Origin: Flectonema sp. DT1601
Lineage: Eukaryota
Reading direction: 5' to 3'
Assembly (NCBI GenBank): GCA_964019425.1
Contig: OZ025786.1
Span: forward strand, 558,001 to 622,000
DNA length: 64,000 bases
The first letter of the stretch is position 1; each line of letters opens with the position of its first letter. The notes under the pieces are model-generated. The model was not told where the DNA came from and did no database searches. It saw nothing but the letters and a program-made list of their open reading frames with translations. Positions 12,706-24,697 of the stretch are shown here, in pieces. Position numbers and translations under genes: made by a program.

Positions 12706-13875
12706 ATGGTGAGTAAAAATATGAACGGATTCACAGATGAGGAATTCTCTATAATGGATATCCCTATTCGAATGGAAAGAAATCGACTGACACGAGAGTG
12801 GCAGGTGGAACGCTACTGTGAAAAACCAACAGCACCGCTACTCGCACCAAAACAGAGGAATCCAAGAACCTACATACCGCCACAACCACCTCAGAGAGAA
12901 ACAAGGAAAACAAAGAGAGTTCGGAAACAACAAAAAATGGTTAACGATCCAGGTGATAAACTAATAGCTGTTAGATCACCTTGTTATGGAACTTTTAAAG
13001 CACGATCTCGATTCGTTGAGGATGGTAAGAAGAAAAAGAGAGTAAGACTACTAGAACCACTACCACCAGTATTTAGTAGGGAATTACACACAAAACAGTC
13101 TTTGTATGACACTGAGGATATGAAAACAGGTTTTGAGCAGTTCGAACGTTCATTAGCTGAACTTACAAATAAAAGAGTTCACGAATCCACTAACGTAACA
13201 AACAGATCATCTCTACTATCTAGATTAAAGGATACTTACGCAGGTAATCTATTAAGATCTACTGACATGGTTGCAATATCAAAGATGTATACATCTCTCA
13301 TGGGGTCACATGACAAGTCAATGACTGAATTTGACATGCGTGCATTATTTCATCGCTTAGTACCTCACTACCCTCTTGGTGATGAACAAATGTATACCAT
13401 ATTCTCAATCTTTGATGAGAATGGAAATGGTAATGTCACATTCACTGAACTTTTTGGAGCACTTGGAGGTATCTTGTATGGTGAAGATACACAGCATGGT
13501 ATAAAATATTTCTATGAAAAAATTGAGGGTCTTGGGCCGTTGAGCGGTCGTCGTGTCCCCTTAAACCGATTTACCCACAAACACATTGATATTATTATTA
13601 AAAATTATATTCCTGGTAATGTTGCTCATCGGTGGTTTAAGCTCTCAGATGTGTTGATGGAAACGCTTCAAAAGTATCCAATCGCCGAGAGCTACATCGA
13701 CTGCGATCACTTTACTTGTTATATTTTTCACTATCCTGCTCTTGCTAGTTGTTTTCACAAAATAGTACCTCCGAAGAGAGTAGTTCATGGAGGAAAGAAA
13801 GCATCCTTAGCGAGTGTGGCTGACGATATGATTGCTAATGAAGGAGGGAAGTCACAGATTAAATGGGATGTCTAA
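12706..13875 (+). CDS. EF-hand calcium-binding protein
   Basis: 389-aa ORF with a canonical EF loop IFDENGNGNVTFTEL and a basic N-terminal region. Confidence 0.8.
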   Translation: MVSKNMNGFTDEEFSIMDIPIRMERNRLTREWQVERYCEKPTAPLLAPKQRNPRTYIPPQPPQRETRKTKRVRKQQKMVNDPGDKLIAVRSPCYGTFKARSRFVEDGKKKKRVRLLEPLPPVFSRELHTKQSLYDTEDMKTGFEQFERSLAELTNKRVHESTNVTNRSSLLSRLKDTYAGNLLRSTDMVAISKMYTSLMGSHDKSMTEFDMRALFHRLVPHYPLGDEQMYTIFSIFDENGNGNVTFTELFGALGGILYGEDTQHGIKYFYEKIEGLGPLSGRRVPLNRFTHKHIDIIIKNYIPGNVAHRWFKLSDVLMETLQKYPIAESYIDCDHFTCYIFHYPALASCFHKIVPPKRVVHGGKKASLASVADDMIANEGGKSQIKWDV

Positions 13876-13876
13876 G

Positions 13877-15806
13877 TCTCACACATCAGATAGTTTTGTT
13901 GACTTTTAGTCAGTTTTCCAGCTGTCTCGTCTCTTTACACGAAATTTCATACGAGTGGTGTTTTGTTTTGTTGTTTTGCATTATTTGTATTTCTTATTAT
14001 AAACACCTCAAGTAGTTAATTATTTATTACCAGATTTCTTACTAAATGAAATGACTGATGTTTTCTTCTTTATTGTGATGTAATCTACTATATTTGCTTC
14101 TCTAGGTCCCTACCTTTTTATAAAATGAGTGACGACGGCTGGGAAGATGAGGACATAGATGACGATTGGGAGGAGGCGAAACAAGTTGCCGCTGAGAAGG
14201 CGGCAGTAGAAAAGGAAAGGAAAGTAGAAGATGCGAGAAAAAAGAAAGAAAAATGGGACAGAATCTTAGCAGCGAGAGGAGAGATGAACGAGACTGAGGA
14301 AATAGATGACGTTGACGCTATCGGTCTTAGAGAGTACGAAGAACGTCTAAAGCAACACGATGTTGAGGTTGAATACCAAGAGAATAACTCAACATTTGAA
14401 TCTCAACCAATTGAAATAATGGCTCCAAAAGACCAGGAGGAGTTTTCTAAAATGGGAGCAAAGATTGGAACTTGCATGAGAACATTCAGAAGCAGTAAAT
14501 TCTACTTCGTGGCCCTCAGCCGTCTCGTCAGTAAAATCTGCGACAAAACATCGCTCGATGATATTTCTGAAATCCAAAAGAAGCTCAACGTCCTCGTGTC
14601 AGAGAGAGAAGCCAAGACAAAGACGAGCAAATACGCAGAAAAGGAAGCCAACGGAGACGACGTTATTAGAGGAAACGGCCTTGGTATGCTTCTGGGATTC
14701 ACCTTTTTGGTTTAAGTTTTTCTCTTGTTATAAAATTAACTCAAACAATAACAACAGCCGTCGGAGAAGAAGGCCGTAACGACTTGGTAGGTGACGGTGA
14801 AAAGAATTTGGACGATTTCATCTCACACATCAGATGGTTTGATTGACTTTTAGTCAGATTTCCAGCTGTCTCATCTCTTTACACGAAATTTCATACGAGT
14901 GATGTTTTTTTGTTTTGTTTTGTTGTTTCGCATTATTTGTAGTTAATTATTTATTACCATTCTATTTCTTACTAAATGAAATGACTGATGTTTTCTTCTT
15001 TATTGTAATCTACTATATTTGCTTCTCTAGATCCCTACCTTTTTATAAAATGAGTGACTACGACTGGGAAGATGAGGACGTCAGTGACGTAGATGACGAT
15101 TGGGAGGATGCTGAGGATAAAGAAGAGGAGGCGAAACAAGTTGCCGCTGAGAAGGCGGCAGTAGAAAAGGAAAGGAAAGTAGAAGATGCGAGAAAAAAGA
15201 AAGAAAAATGGGACAGAATCTTAGCAGCGAGAGGAGAGATGAACGAGACTGAGGAAATAGATGACGTTGACGCTATCGGTCTTAGAGAGTACGAAGAACG
15301 TCTAAAGCAACACGATGTTGAGGTTGAATACCAAGAGAATAACTCAACATTTGAATCTCAACCAATTGAAATAATGGCTCCAAAAGACCAGGAGGAGTTT
15401 TCTAAAATGGGAGCAAAGATTGGAACTTGCATGAGAACATTCAGAAGCAGTAAATTCTACTTCGTGGCCCTCAACCGTCTCGTCAGTAAAATCTGCGACA
15501 AAACATCGCTCGATGATATTTCTGAAATCCAAAAGAAGCTCAACGTCCTCGTATCAGAGAGATCAAGAATCCTGAAGGAAGGTGAAAAGAGAGAAGCCAA
15601 GACAAAGACGAGCAAATACGCAGAAAAGGAAGCCAACGGAGACGACGTTATTAGAGGAAACGGCCTTGGTATGCTTCTGGGATTCACCTTTTTGGTTTAA
15701 GTTATTCTCTTGCTACAAAATTAACTCAAACAATAACAACAGCCGTCGGAGAAGAAGGCCGTAACGACTTGGTGGGTGACGGTGACAAGAATTTTGACGA
15801 TTTCAT
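13877..15806 (+). repeat. Tandem duplication (about 0.95-1 kb unit, 2 copies) carrying eIF3j
   Basis: TCTCACACATCAGAT starts units at 13877 and 14821; upstream region, exon 1, intron and exon 2 are near-identical. Confidence 0.95.
14125..14846 (+). CDS. EIF3J: eIF3 subunit J, derived copy with internal deletions and altered C-terminus; exons 14125-14683, 14758-14846
   Basis: Acidic DDWE N-terminus and helical core; 74-nt GTATGC...AACAACAG intron; ends DDFISHIRWFD* instead of DDFM*. Confidence 0.75.
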
Positions 15807-15810
15807 GTAA
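15050..15810 (+). CDS. EIF3J: eIF3 subunit J; exons 15050-15668, 15743-15810
   Basis: MSDYDWEDE...DDDWED N-terminus. Splicing the 74-nt intron (15669-15742) gives the hallmark eIF3j C-terminus DDFM*. Confidence 0.88.
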
Positions 15811-16232
15811 ATGTGGATACCAGGAGAAGAGGAATAAAAATGCTGCCACACTAGTGAAACAGAAAATGAATACTCCCCAGTCCCCACATCCCTCACAGCT
15901 ATTTATCATCCTAGCCAATAGTTTCTAGTGTAAAAAATCCTTTTACTCGCTGCATAGTTCTCAGTGTGGAGCGGTAATAAGAAGACAATTGTCAACACCG
16001 CTATAAGAAGAGCAGTCAAGCTCTCGTTGCTAAAAATCTTTTTTTATCTCAAAAAAAAAAAAAAAAAAAAATAGTTTATAACCATAATGCAACATCAGGT
16101 CTGGAGAGTTGAATTATCATTCTTTATTGCTACCGCTATTACATCTTCACTTTTTTCGAGGTATTAGTCAGACGATTTCGAAAGGCTATTGGCGGCTGTA
16201 TTTATTCACACTCAGACATACCTCAACAGAAA

Positions 16233-17704
16233 ATGTATGATTCTAGAGGGGGGGGAAAGAAGGGTGGAAAAAGAAGGGATCAACAAAGCAGAAGAGGAGG
16301 ATACAAGAATAATAATAATAACAATATAAATAATAATAACGGTGAAGGTTTTTCAGAATGGAATGCACCACCAGCAGGACAGATGGGACTGTGGCAGCAG
16401 TTTGACTTCCGGTCGCAGATGCCACAACCTGGTTACGACAATCAGTATCAAAGGGGATATAATAATTCCAATTACGGTACCAACAATCCTCATAATGATT
16501 ACAGTAGACAGAATAATGGAAATTATGACAATGGGCAGCCCAATGGAGGGTCTCGCCAGAACCATCGCAACCAACAACGAAAACCTGCAGCAACTAAAGA
16601 AAGCCGTCAAGTGACAAAGCAACAGCCACCAACTGAAGAAGAACCAAACTTACCTGACACAGTAACACAAACTCCTCCTTGTAAACACAACGAGTGGATG
16701 TGCTCTGATAGACGAAAGTTCTTCGTCACCCTAAAGTGCATCGCCTGCAACCAAAAATGGAAGACGCAGCTTAAGAAGTTCAACAAGTGCCCTGACTTCC
16801 ACGCGGACGAACGCTTCTGCCCAAAAGGAAACGATTGTCCACATCCTCATGTGTACGCGAGAAGTAGATTGAAGGAAGCCCCTTCACGAAAGAAGTTAGC
16901 AGAAGAAGAAGAAAATAGGAAAACGGATGAAAGTAAACTTCGAGTAATTCAAACGATGCCACAAATGGCAACAGAAATGAGTGACTCTGAACAGGTTAGA
17001 GAACCCCCTAAGGCGAAGACACTCCCACCACAGCAATGGCAGGCAACTGCTGATTCTGGACTCTACATCCCCGAGGACATCCCAGCTATGGACGCTGAAT
17101 CGTCTCTTTCCTATGATATCCCCACAGATACAAAGGCCTCTACTCTGCCAACAGCTAATGGGAAAGACAAAAGCAGTAGAAGACAGATTCGTCACATCCC
17201 GACTGCCCCGAATGCTCAAACTGGTACTGAGTTAGGAAAAAGTCTCGAGCTCAACTCGAGATCGTCTACTACCCCACAAGCCTGTTTTGTTGAAAGCAGT
17301 CGACTCTCTGCCAGCGCTGACAGTAATTCATTGAACCGCTGCGGAACAGCACCTGCCAGCAAGCTTAGGGAAGAAGAACAGAGCGGCATTGCAAAGTCAG
17401 CAACTCTTCCGCATTGTACGATGTTTCCGCCTCCTGAAGAGGATGAAATAATACCTGGTATTCAACTCAATTCAGTGAAGAAGATAAATGTATGTACATT
17501 TTTATTTGACAATGTGATTAGCAACGCATTCGTTCTTTTTATTAATCATAGTCACAGCAACAACACAAACAGACCCAGGGAACTGGTCGTTCTAACGAGG
17601 CCAGAAAGAACTTGGCTTCTTTTGGAGATGCTTTGCTATCCGTCGATGAGATGCAAGCTTCCGTTAGCGTGAAATCTGCAAGTGGCATAGACCAGGAAGA
17701 CTGA
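16233..17704 (+). CDS. RGG/Asn-Gln-rich low-complexity protein with Zn-ribbon-like plus CCCH finger; exons 16233-17489, 17573-17704
   Basis: PPCKHNEW...CIACNQKWKT...CPDFHADERFCPKGNDCPHPH; phase-0 intron GTATGT (17490) to CACAAACAG (17572). Confidence 0.85.
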
Positions 17705-19787
17705 AATGTGCCATCTTAGGTCCGGAGTCGTATAATATTAAGTTAGTTTTCGTAATTAGGAACACATGTCTGATACCAAAGTTATCTAATTGGTATTTTT
17801 AGTGAGGAAATAAATAGAAAATATGGGAAAAAAAAAAAAAAAAAAAAAAAAAAACAACAAATCCAACAAATTATGTCTTCAAGAATAAATCAGAAAAAAA
17901 AAAAAAGAATAAAAAAAAAAGTATTGTTCCATTCTCTCAATGTCTTTCGACTAACGCATATTCCGTACTCCATTTTTTTTAATTTTTATATTTGTTGCTT
18001 TTTCTCCATTCTCCTCTCTCTTGCATTTTATATACAAAGGCAGGTGCAAAGCCCTCCTGTTCATCAGCCGCAAGATTCTTTTTAGGGATTTCGACATGAG
18101 GAGCCATCTCGCATTGGCCTTTAAAAAAAAAAAAAAAAAAAAAGGAATGAGTCTACAAGATAACAATGAAAAAATAGTGATTTTCTTTGTACGAAATCGG
18201 AGAAGAAACTCATTCAGATTAAGAGGCCTGTTTTATTTTTGCTATTGTCAAGTTTTTATCTATTTTCCCTGTGTGTTAAGGCATTATCTAAATGGTTTTT
18301 TTTTTTTTTTTTTTTTTTTTTTCCCTTTAAGTAGGTTGTCTAGGAACGCTAAACATCTCCTGTAGTCTTGCATTCTAATTGCTTACGAGGTGTAGTTATA
18401 GGTGGGAGGTTTACCAACAATGAAATACCACTACTCTTATCGTCGCTTTACTTATCCAATGATGGGGGAACGTCTAATGAGGTTTAGGGTCCTCTCTGAG
18501 TGATGGTTAAAAGGGTCGTTTGCTTGCATTTTATTTTCCAGTCAATTTATTTATTTTTTTTCTTTTTTCTTTTTTTTTTTTTGTCTTGATTTTCAGAAAA
18601 AAAAAAAAAAAAAAAAAACCACCCCGTAAAAAAAAATAAATAAAAATAATAAATAAATAAATAAGGATTGGACACAGATCAATGTTTCAATTCGTATCAG
18701 AAGTTTTTGTTTTTGTTTTTGTTTTTATTCTATCTGAGGGAACTAAACAACTAAAAGTATCGATTGTATTCAATAAAATGCACCGCTGTCCCTAGCAGTT
18801 AGTAGTTTTCATATTCCCAAAGAAAATTGACTCTGTGTGATTGGCTGCAGGGGAGATAGCATGCCAATCTCGACGTAGCTGCATTTCTTTTTTGATTTTT
18901 TTGCTGCTAGTCGAATTTTTGATGAGCCAATTGACCCTTATCCCTCTCTGCCTGATATCTATTATTTTTTGCTTCGTGGGATTCTTTTGTTTTCCCTATC
19001 TAATTTATGATTTCTTTTTATGATTTTTCTCCCAGATTAAAAAAAAAAAAAAAAATCAAAAACCCTCGAAGGAAGGGTTTTTGTTTTTGTATAAAAAATA
19101 TATTTTTTTTTAAATTCATTTTTTATGTTCTCCTGCTGAGTGTGACTTCTTCTTTTTGTAAGTTCCTTGTTAAACAAAAGCTACTCGCCTGTGGTAACTC
19201 ATCAACGAGTTTTGGAGAATGGCAGGATGGTTCTATTAGTTTGCATTCTAATAAAGGTCACTTTACTATCTTATAGGTACATAGTTGAGAAAATACTAAA
19301 ATAATTCAACATACAGAATTAGATTATGGTATCCTCCATGTCTAAGAATTTTTATTTATTTATTTATTTTTTTTTTTTTAAAAAAAAAAATTCTTCTTTT
19401 TTTCTCCCCCCGTTTATTTTTTAATTTGTGTTGTTATCTTTTATTACATTTTTTTTTTTTTTTTTTTGGAAGTGTTTTAAAACACTCTTGACTGAGCTGT
19501 CTGTGGTGGATATTTCACGTTCCCCGCAAAGTGCATTTGAGCCCCCGCACTTCGGTCCAGTGTGGTATGTGTTCGCCTTGGTTCTTTACCAATGCACTGA
19601 AGTATAAAGATTTGTAATGCAGCTACGTTCTGACTATTTCTCTGCGGTCACGGCGGGTTTTTTTTTCGTTTTTTTTTTTTTTTTTTTAAATTTATTTTAT
19701 TATTTTTTTTATCTTCTCCTGATCATGTACGTGTATTTTTTTTTTTAAAGAGAAACGTTTAACAACGAGAGACGCAATGATTATAAC

Positions 19788-20154
19788 TTTAATTCGTCAG
19801 GGACATTAAGACCAGCCAACTTTATTGTCCCGGCGACCTCGCAGAATGGCTGGGAAAGTGAGAATAAGAATTCTTGGGTGGGACACTACTACTTGGGGTT
19901 CCCATAGGCAAAGGATCCGGGGAAGGTGGGAGAATATTGGCCAAATAATTCGCCGAATTTCCTGTAACGAGTTTTCCTTGTGAAATTATTTTATAATTTC
20001 TATGGCAGATCTCACTCGGGCGACCCTCGACAACCAAATTGGCTGGTGGTGCGTGAAGAATTAAATTAGAAATCGAGGGATAATTGAGCCTTTCGATTAA
20101 CCCTCGGGCGGGGGTACTATGCTCACTCCGAACATTATTGCATAATTTCCTGCC
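19788..20154 (+). other. Structured GC-richer element (candidate ncRNA or repeat-derived RNA structure)
   Basis: Four nested inverted repeats followed by two further hairpins; see findings. Confidence 0.45.
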
Positions 20155-20841
20155 CCCTTTGGGATAATTAAGACACTCAATTAACTACGTTTGCTTTTGT
20201 GTTTTTTTAAATTTGCAGTTTTTGCACCCAATGTTGTTCATGGTAGGTGTGATTCCTATGTTTGTTGTTTTCACAATTTTATTGTTTTTTTTTTTTTTCT
20301 TGATCAGTTTTTTTAGTTATCACATTGATTTTTGCTTTCCTTTGTAAGGGAAAGTTGTCAATGGGTGGATTTATTCCTTTTGGCAGCTTTGATTTTAAAT
20401 CACTCAGTCGAATGGAAATAGCGGAACGCAAAGTCGCACCTTATTTTCTTTTTGTTTTCTTTTTACTTTTTTACATTTTGTTTCCGACTTACGCACAAGA
20501 CAGAATCTTACATTATTTGTGTTCGTCTATGCAAGTTAAAGTTTTATGACTCATGTGGGTTTTCTTGTGAGAGCGGTTTTTTTCAAAGTTTATTTTTTTT
20601 TTTATTGTTTTCAGCTTTAGTTTTTAAGTTATCAAAGAATAAAACATATTGATTGAGGTTATTTATCATACCCTCAAAAATTTAGTTTTTCTGTTCCGTT
20701 CTTGCCGACAGGGCATTGCCTTATTGAAGTGTATCTTCCGTGTTCGTCTAATGTGATAACTGTGTCGTTGAAATATTAATGTTGTTGTTTGGTATATATG
20801 TAGAGGAGTTTTCTTAGCAGGATTGGGAAAATGCGTTCGTT

Positions 20842-20876
<35 letters not shown>

Positions 20877-22440
20877 CCATTCTTTAAGGGAAATCTTGTT
20901 AATGTGCTGTTCGAATTTGCTGCATTTTTTTTTTTTTTTTTTTTGTCCTTCCAACGTGTTCTCCTTGGCTAGCAAATTATTTGTATTTTGTTATATATTA
21001 GTGATGGGAAGTACCTGTCGAAAAAAAATTTATATGTTTTTTTTTTTTTTTTTTTTTAATTCATTCCAAAATGTGATACCTGAACAACTGTTTTATAAGA
21101 AAGCAGCAAGTAGGTTTTCGAAAACAGAATTATGCCACATGAAATCCAAAAAAAAAAAAAAAAAACAACAACAACAAGCAACACAAATAAATCTAGAAAA
21201 AAAGAGTAGACGCAAGAATTGGAAAAAACGAGTGAAAACAAGCAACCGAATACGGAGTACAAGTATTGAGTAAAATAAATAAAACATGAAAACGAATGTT
21301 ATTTTTTTTTTCTTTCCTTTTTTTTTTTTCCCTTCTTCTCTCCCTGCTGTCCCATTTGTTAAAAACCAGACAAACCTCTGCAATTATTGTTTTAGTAGAT
21401 CCCCTAATTCGTTAATAATCCTAAACGACAATTGAGCGTGCTATTGGTTTTAGTCGCTCGAACAAGTCAAGGCGCTTTATTGCTGCCACACTTTGAAAAG
21501 AGCTTATCAATATCCTTGAAGTTACTGAGTTTTCGTTGAACGGTAATTTCACAAAACGCTGATGCGCTATGTGCTAATACCGTGGATTTCCTTATTTTCA
21601 TTCGTTAGTGAGCTTTCTTTCCTATTCTGGTTTGCCTTCGGGAATCCACCTTCTCGAGCCTTGCAGTTACCTGGTCTTGACAAATATCGTTTTGGGGATC
21701 TATGCAATTTAAAGCACTCGTTTTTTCGTTTGAGTATATCTGCTTTCCCATAACTTATCTTTCACACAAATTGATGAGAATGGCTATACTCGGACGTAGC
21801 TTGGTATGGAACTACGTTTTTAGGTATTTCTTTCTTTTTTTTTTCTCTCCCTTTTTTTTGAGTTGTTAAATGTGATCTCACTTTCCCAAACCCGTGTTTG
21901 CACTCCCACCTCCTTCCAGTTGACATTCTGATTGGAGACTGGTTTACTACAACATTCTGACTCGCATCCTTGAAGATGCGTAAATCCTTTAGTATCCTTT
22001 GCAAATTGTGTTGCTACTATATTGCAGTAACAAATTGTTTTTAGTTAAGTGAGTCAGGCCAGGTTATGAATGTTGTGGAGAGAGAAAGAAAAAAATTGAA
22101 TTGGAAAAAAAAAAAAAAAAAAAATGAGAGAAGAAAAAAAGAAAATTATAAAAAAACAAGAAATTGAAAAAAAAAATAGGCAAAAATAAGGAAAAAAAAA
22201 ATGAAAAGAATGAAAAGGAACAAAAAAAAAAAAAAACGATTAGAAGAAAATTTATTTTTGCTGCTTGGCTTCTACACTTCGTTAGCATAGTATAGTCATT
22301 TACTGTTTTGAGTTACTTTTTCATAGGAAACAGACAAGAGAGATAAGTGATGTACGAATATTAGAAGACATCAGTGTCATGCAGCATTAGTCACAGGTAT
22401 AAAATAGCTTACTCTTTCTACAGATTTCAATACCAGAAAT

Positions 22441-22836
22441 ATGACTCGCACCACCACATCTCACGATGATGTTGACGCCGGATCGATCTCTTCATTCCTT
22501 GCTCAGGTATCAGACCTCGATGTTGAGAGACGTACGTTAGAAGTTCAACTGACAACACTTCAAAATGAAAAAGTTAAATTGGCTGAGAATTTAGCAACAA
22601 TGCGATCGATGAACACGGTAGGAGAGTCTGAAGAAGTGGCGCTGGCAAATCGAATTGAAACCGCGACCTCTGCTCGTGACGAGAATACGACGCAACTTCT
22701 ACCTCTTCGTTCATTAATTCAAAGCTCTATAATCGAAGTAGGTCCCCTAACTGAAAAACTCAACGAAGAGATATCTTCTCTTCAGACGAGTATGGAAGCT
22801 GCTTCTAAAATGGGAGCTCTCTTTAATGAGGCATGA
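22441..22836 (+). CDS. Small coiled-coil protein of unknown function
   Basis: 131-aa ORF with heptad-like pattern; CTTTCTACAG acceptor 17 nt upstream of the ATG. Confidence 0.7.
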   Translation: MTRTTTSHDDVDAGSISSFLAQVSDLDVERRTLEVQLTTLQNEKVKLAENLATMRSMNTVGESEEVALANRIETATSARDENTTQLLPLRSLIQSSIIEVGPLTEKLNEEISSLQTSMEAASKMGALFNEA

Positions 22837-23081
22837 AGTTAAGTCCCAAGTTAGAAAGTAGTTTGTAGTGATATTAATCACAACTGCATCCTTTTTTTTT
22901 CTTTTCGACCTTCTTAATCTCTCTTTTAAACTAACTAAACTAAAGAACCTTATCCACGCTGGTTACGACTTGAGACTCTATTTGTGTTTTCATCGCACCG
23001 GTGTTCCATCTTTCATTATTTAGTGTTTGTCGCTACTGTGATTCACGTCAAGGAATATCTCTCTACCGATAGGTAAACAAA

Positions 23082-23759
23082 ATGTCTGAAGAGTGCACAC
23101 CCCTCGCCCCAGCATTCGGAATGCTTGGGGCAACTTTGGCGTTGGCGTTCGCTAACTTTGGTGCTGCGTACGGTACAGTGAAGTCAGGTGTTGCGGTTGC
23201 GCATTTGGGTATGGCTCAGAAGGTATGTTGACACATTGTTGTTGAATCAACTGAATAATAATTTCTGAAAATTAAAAAAAAAAAAAAAAAACTCAAAAAA
23301 CAGTCTCGTTCAATGAGAGGAATGGTTCCTGTAGTTATGGCTGGTATCTTGGGTATTTATGGTTTAATTATCGCTGTTATTATTGCTGGAAGTATCAAAA
23401 TTAACTCATCCTCATACACCCTAGGAAAGGGTCTTCTCCATCTCGGAGCTGGCATTGCCGGAGGGATGGCGTCACTTGCTGCTGGATACGCTATTGGTAT
23501 TGTTGGTGAGGCTTGTACTACCGCATATCAGAGAACTGAGGTTTGTTATTTTCAATATTTTTTTTGTGAGCTTCTTCTAGGCCTACTTTAACACACAAAA
23601 CAACAAATCAACAAAAAAAAACAGACCATCTTCGTTGCCATGATTCTGATGCTTATCTTCGCAGAGGCTTTGGGTTTATATGGTTTAATTATAGCACTTC
23701 TCGTCAACAGCAAAGCAGCCGGCATGAACACCTCCTGCGATAGCACCAGATGGCATTAG
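23082..23759 (+). CDS. ATP6V0C: V-type H+-ATPase proteolipid subunit c (170 aa); exons 23082-23222, 23304-23540, 23625-23759
   Basis: [36 protein letters not shown] and [17 protein letters not shown] with the proton-carrying Glu; two phase-0 GT-AG introns. Confidence 0.97.
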
Positions 23760-24697
23760 ACTGTTGTTGAGTTGGTGCTGTTTGGTTTCCCCGCAAATTT
23801 CCGCATTCTTTTTTTTTTTTTTTTTGTTTTTTTTTAAGTAATTGATTCGCTCTATTGACCTGATCTCACTCTATCTTAATCCTCCCGTTTCAATCTTCCG
23901 TATGTGAATTACTGTTGATCAGCAATTGGTCTGACCAATTACTGTAGTCAGACATGGCATCTTTATCTGTGTTCGGGTTTGATATTATACCCTGCAGGTT
24001 ACCAGAGTGGCAAAATAGACTTCTGTATAACTCGAGCAGTTTTTAGAAACAATCAAAAAATTGTAGTAAAGTCTTCCGCTGCTTTATTGGAACAGCTCAA
24101 AGCAGTTCATGAAAGCAATCCGTAAAAGAACTGTATGAGGACATCATATCAGTTTGTCTCTTTTAGAGACGATGCTGCGGATGTTTGTGAGGTCGATAGC
24201 GGTCGACTGTTTCCCCTTTTCCCCCCCAAAAAAAAAAAAAAAGAAAAAAGAAAAAAGAAGCAAAAAAAAAGGAAATTTCAAAAAAAAAAAAAAAAAAAGA
24301 ATCCCGCGTATACGTTTTTTTTAGTCAGCTGAGGTTGGTATGTGTCCCACCTCTTCACTACAGTGATCCCATGAACCCCTCCTTCGAGTGTATTCTGTTA
24401 AGACGTTGGCTCACGGAAAGCAACCATAATCTTTTATCACACCTGTTAGTACACTGGTGTATAGCCGCCGTACTGACAGCAGACACGCAAAACTGGTTTG
24501 CCTTTGAGTAGAAATGTCATTTCGGGTTTCTATTTGTGTACAAAAAGGATATTATGAAATATTAATTTATTGGTTGTTGGTCAGCTTCATTTAGGTTGAT
24601 CTCTATTTGTTTTTCAATTTTAGTTGTATTTCAAAACTCACCCCCCTCAGTTACTTACCAACAATAAAATAGTAGCAGGCCAGTACAATTGAGTAGA

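Noticed and set aside
18481..18490. Telomere-like GGTTTAGGGT
   Set aside because: Single unit, expected by chance.
19788..20065. Calling the structured element SRP (7SL) or RNase P/MRP RNA
   Set aside because: Length and rod shape fit SRP, but the conserved helix-8, Alu-domain and P4 motifs were not found; left unassigned.
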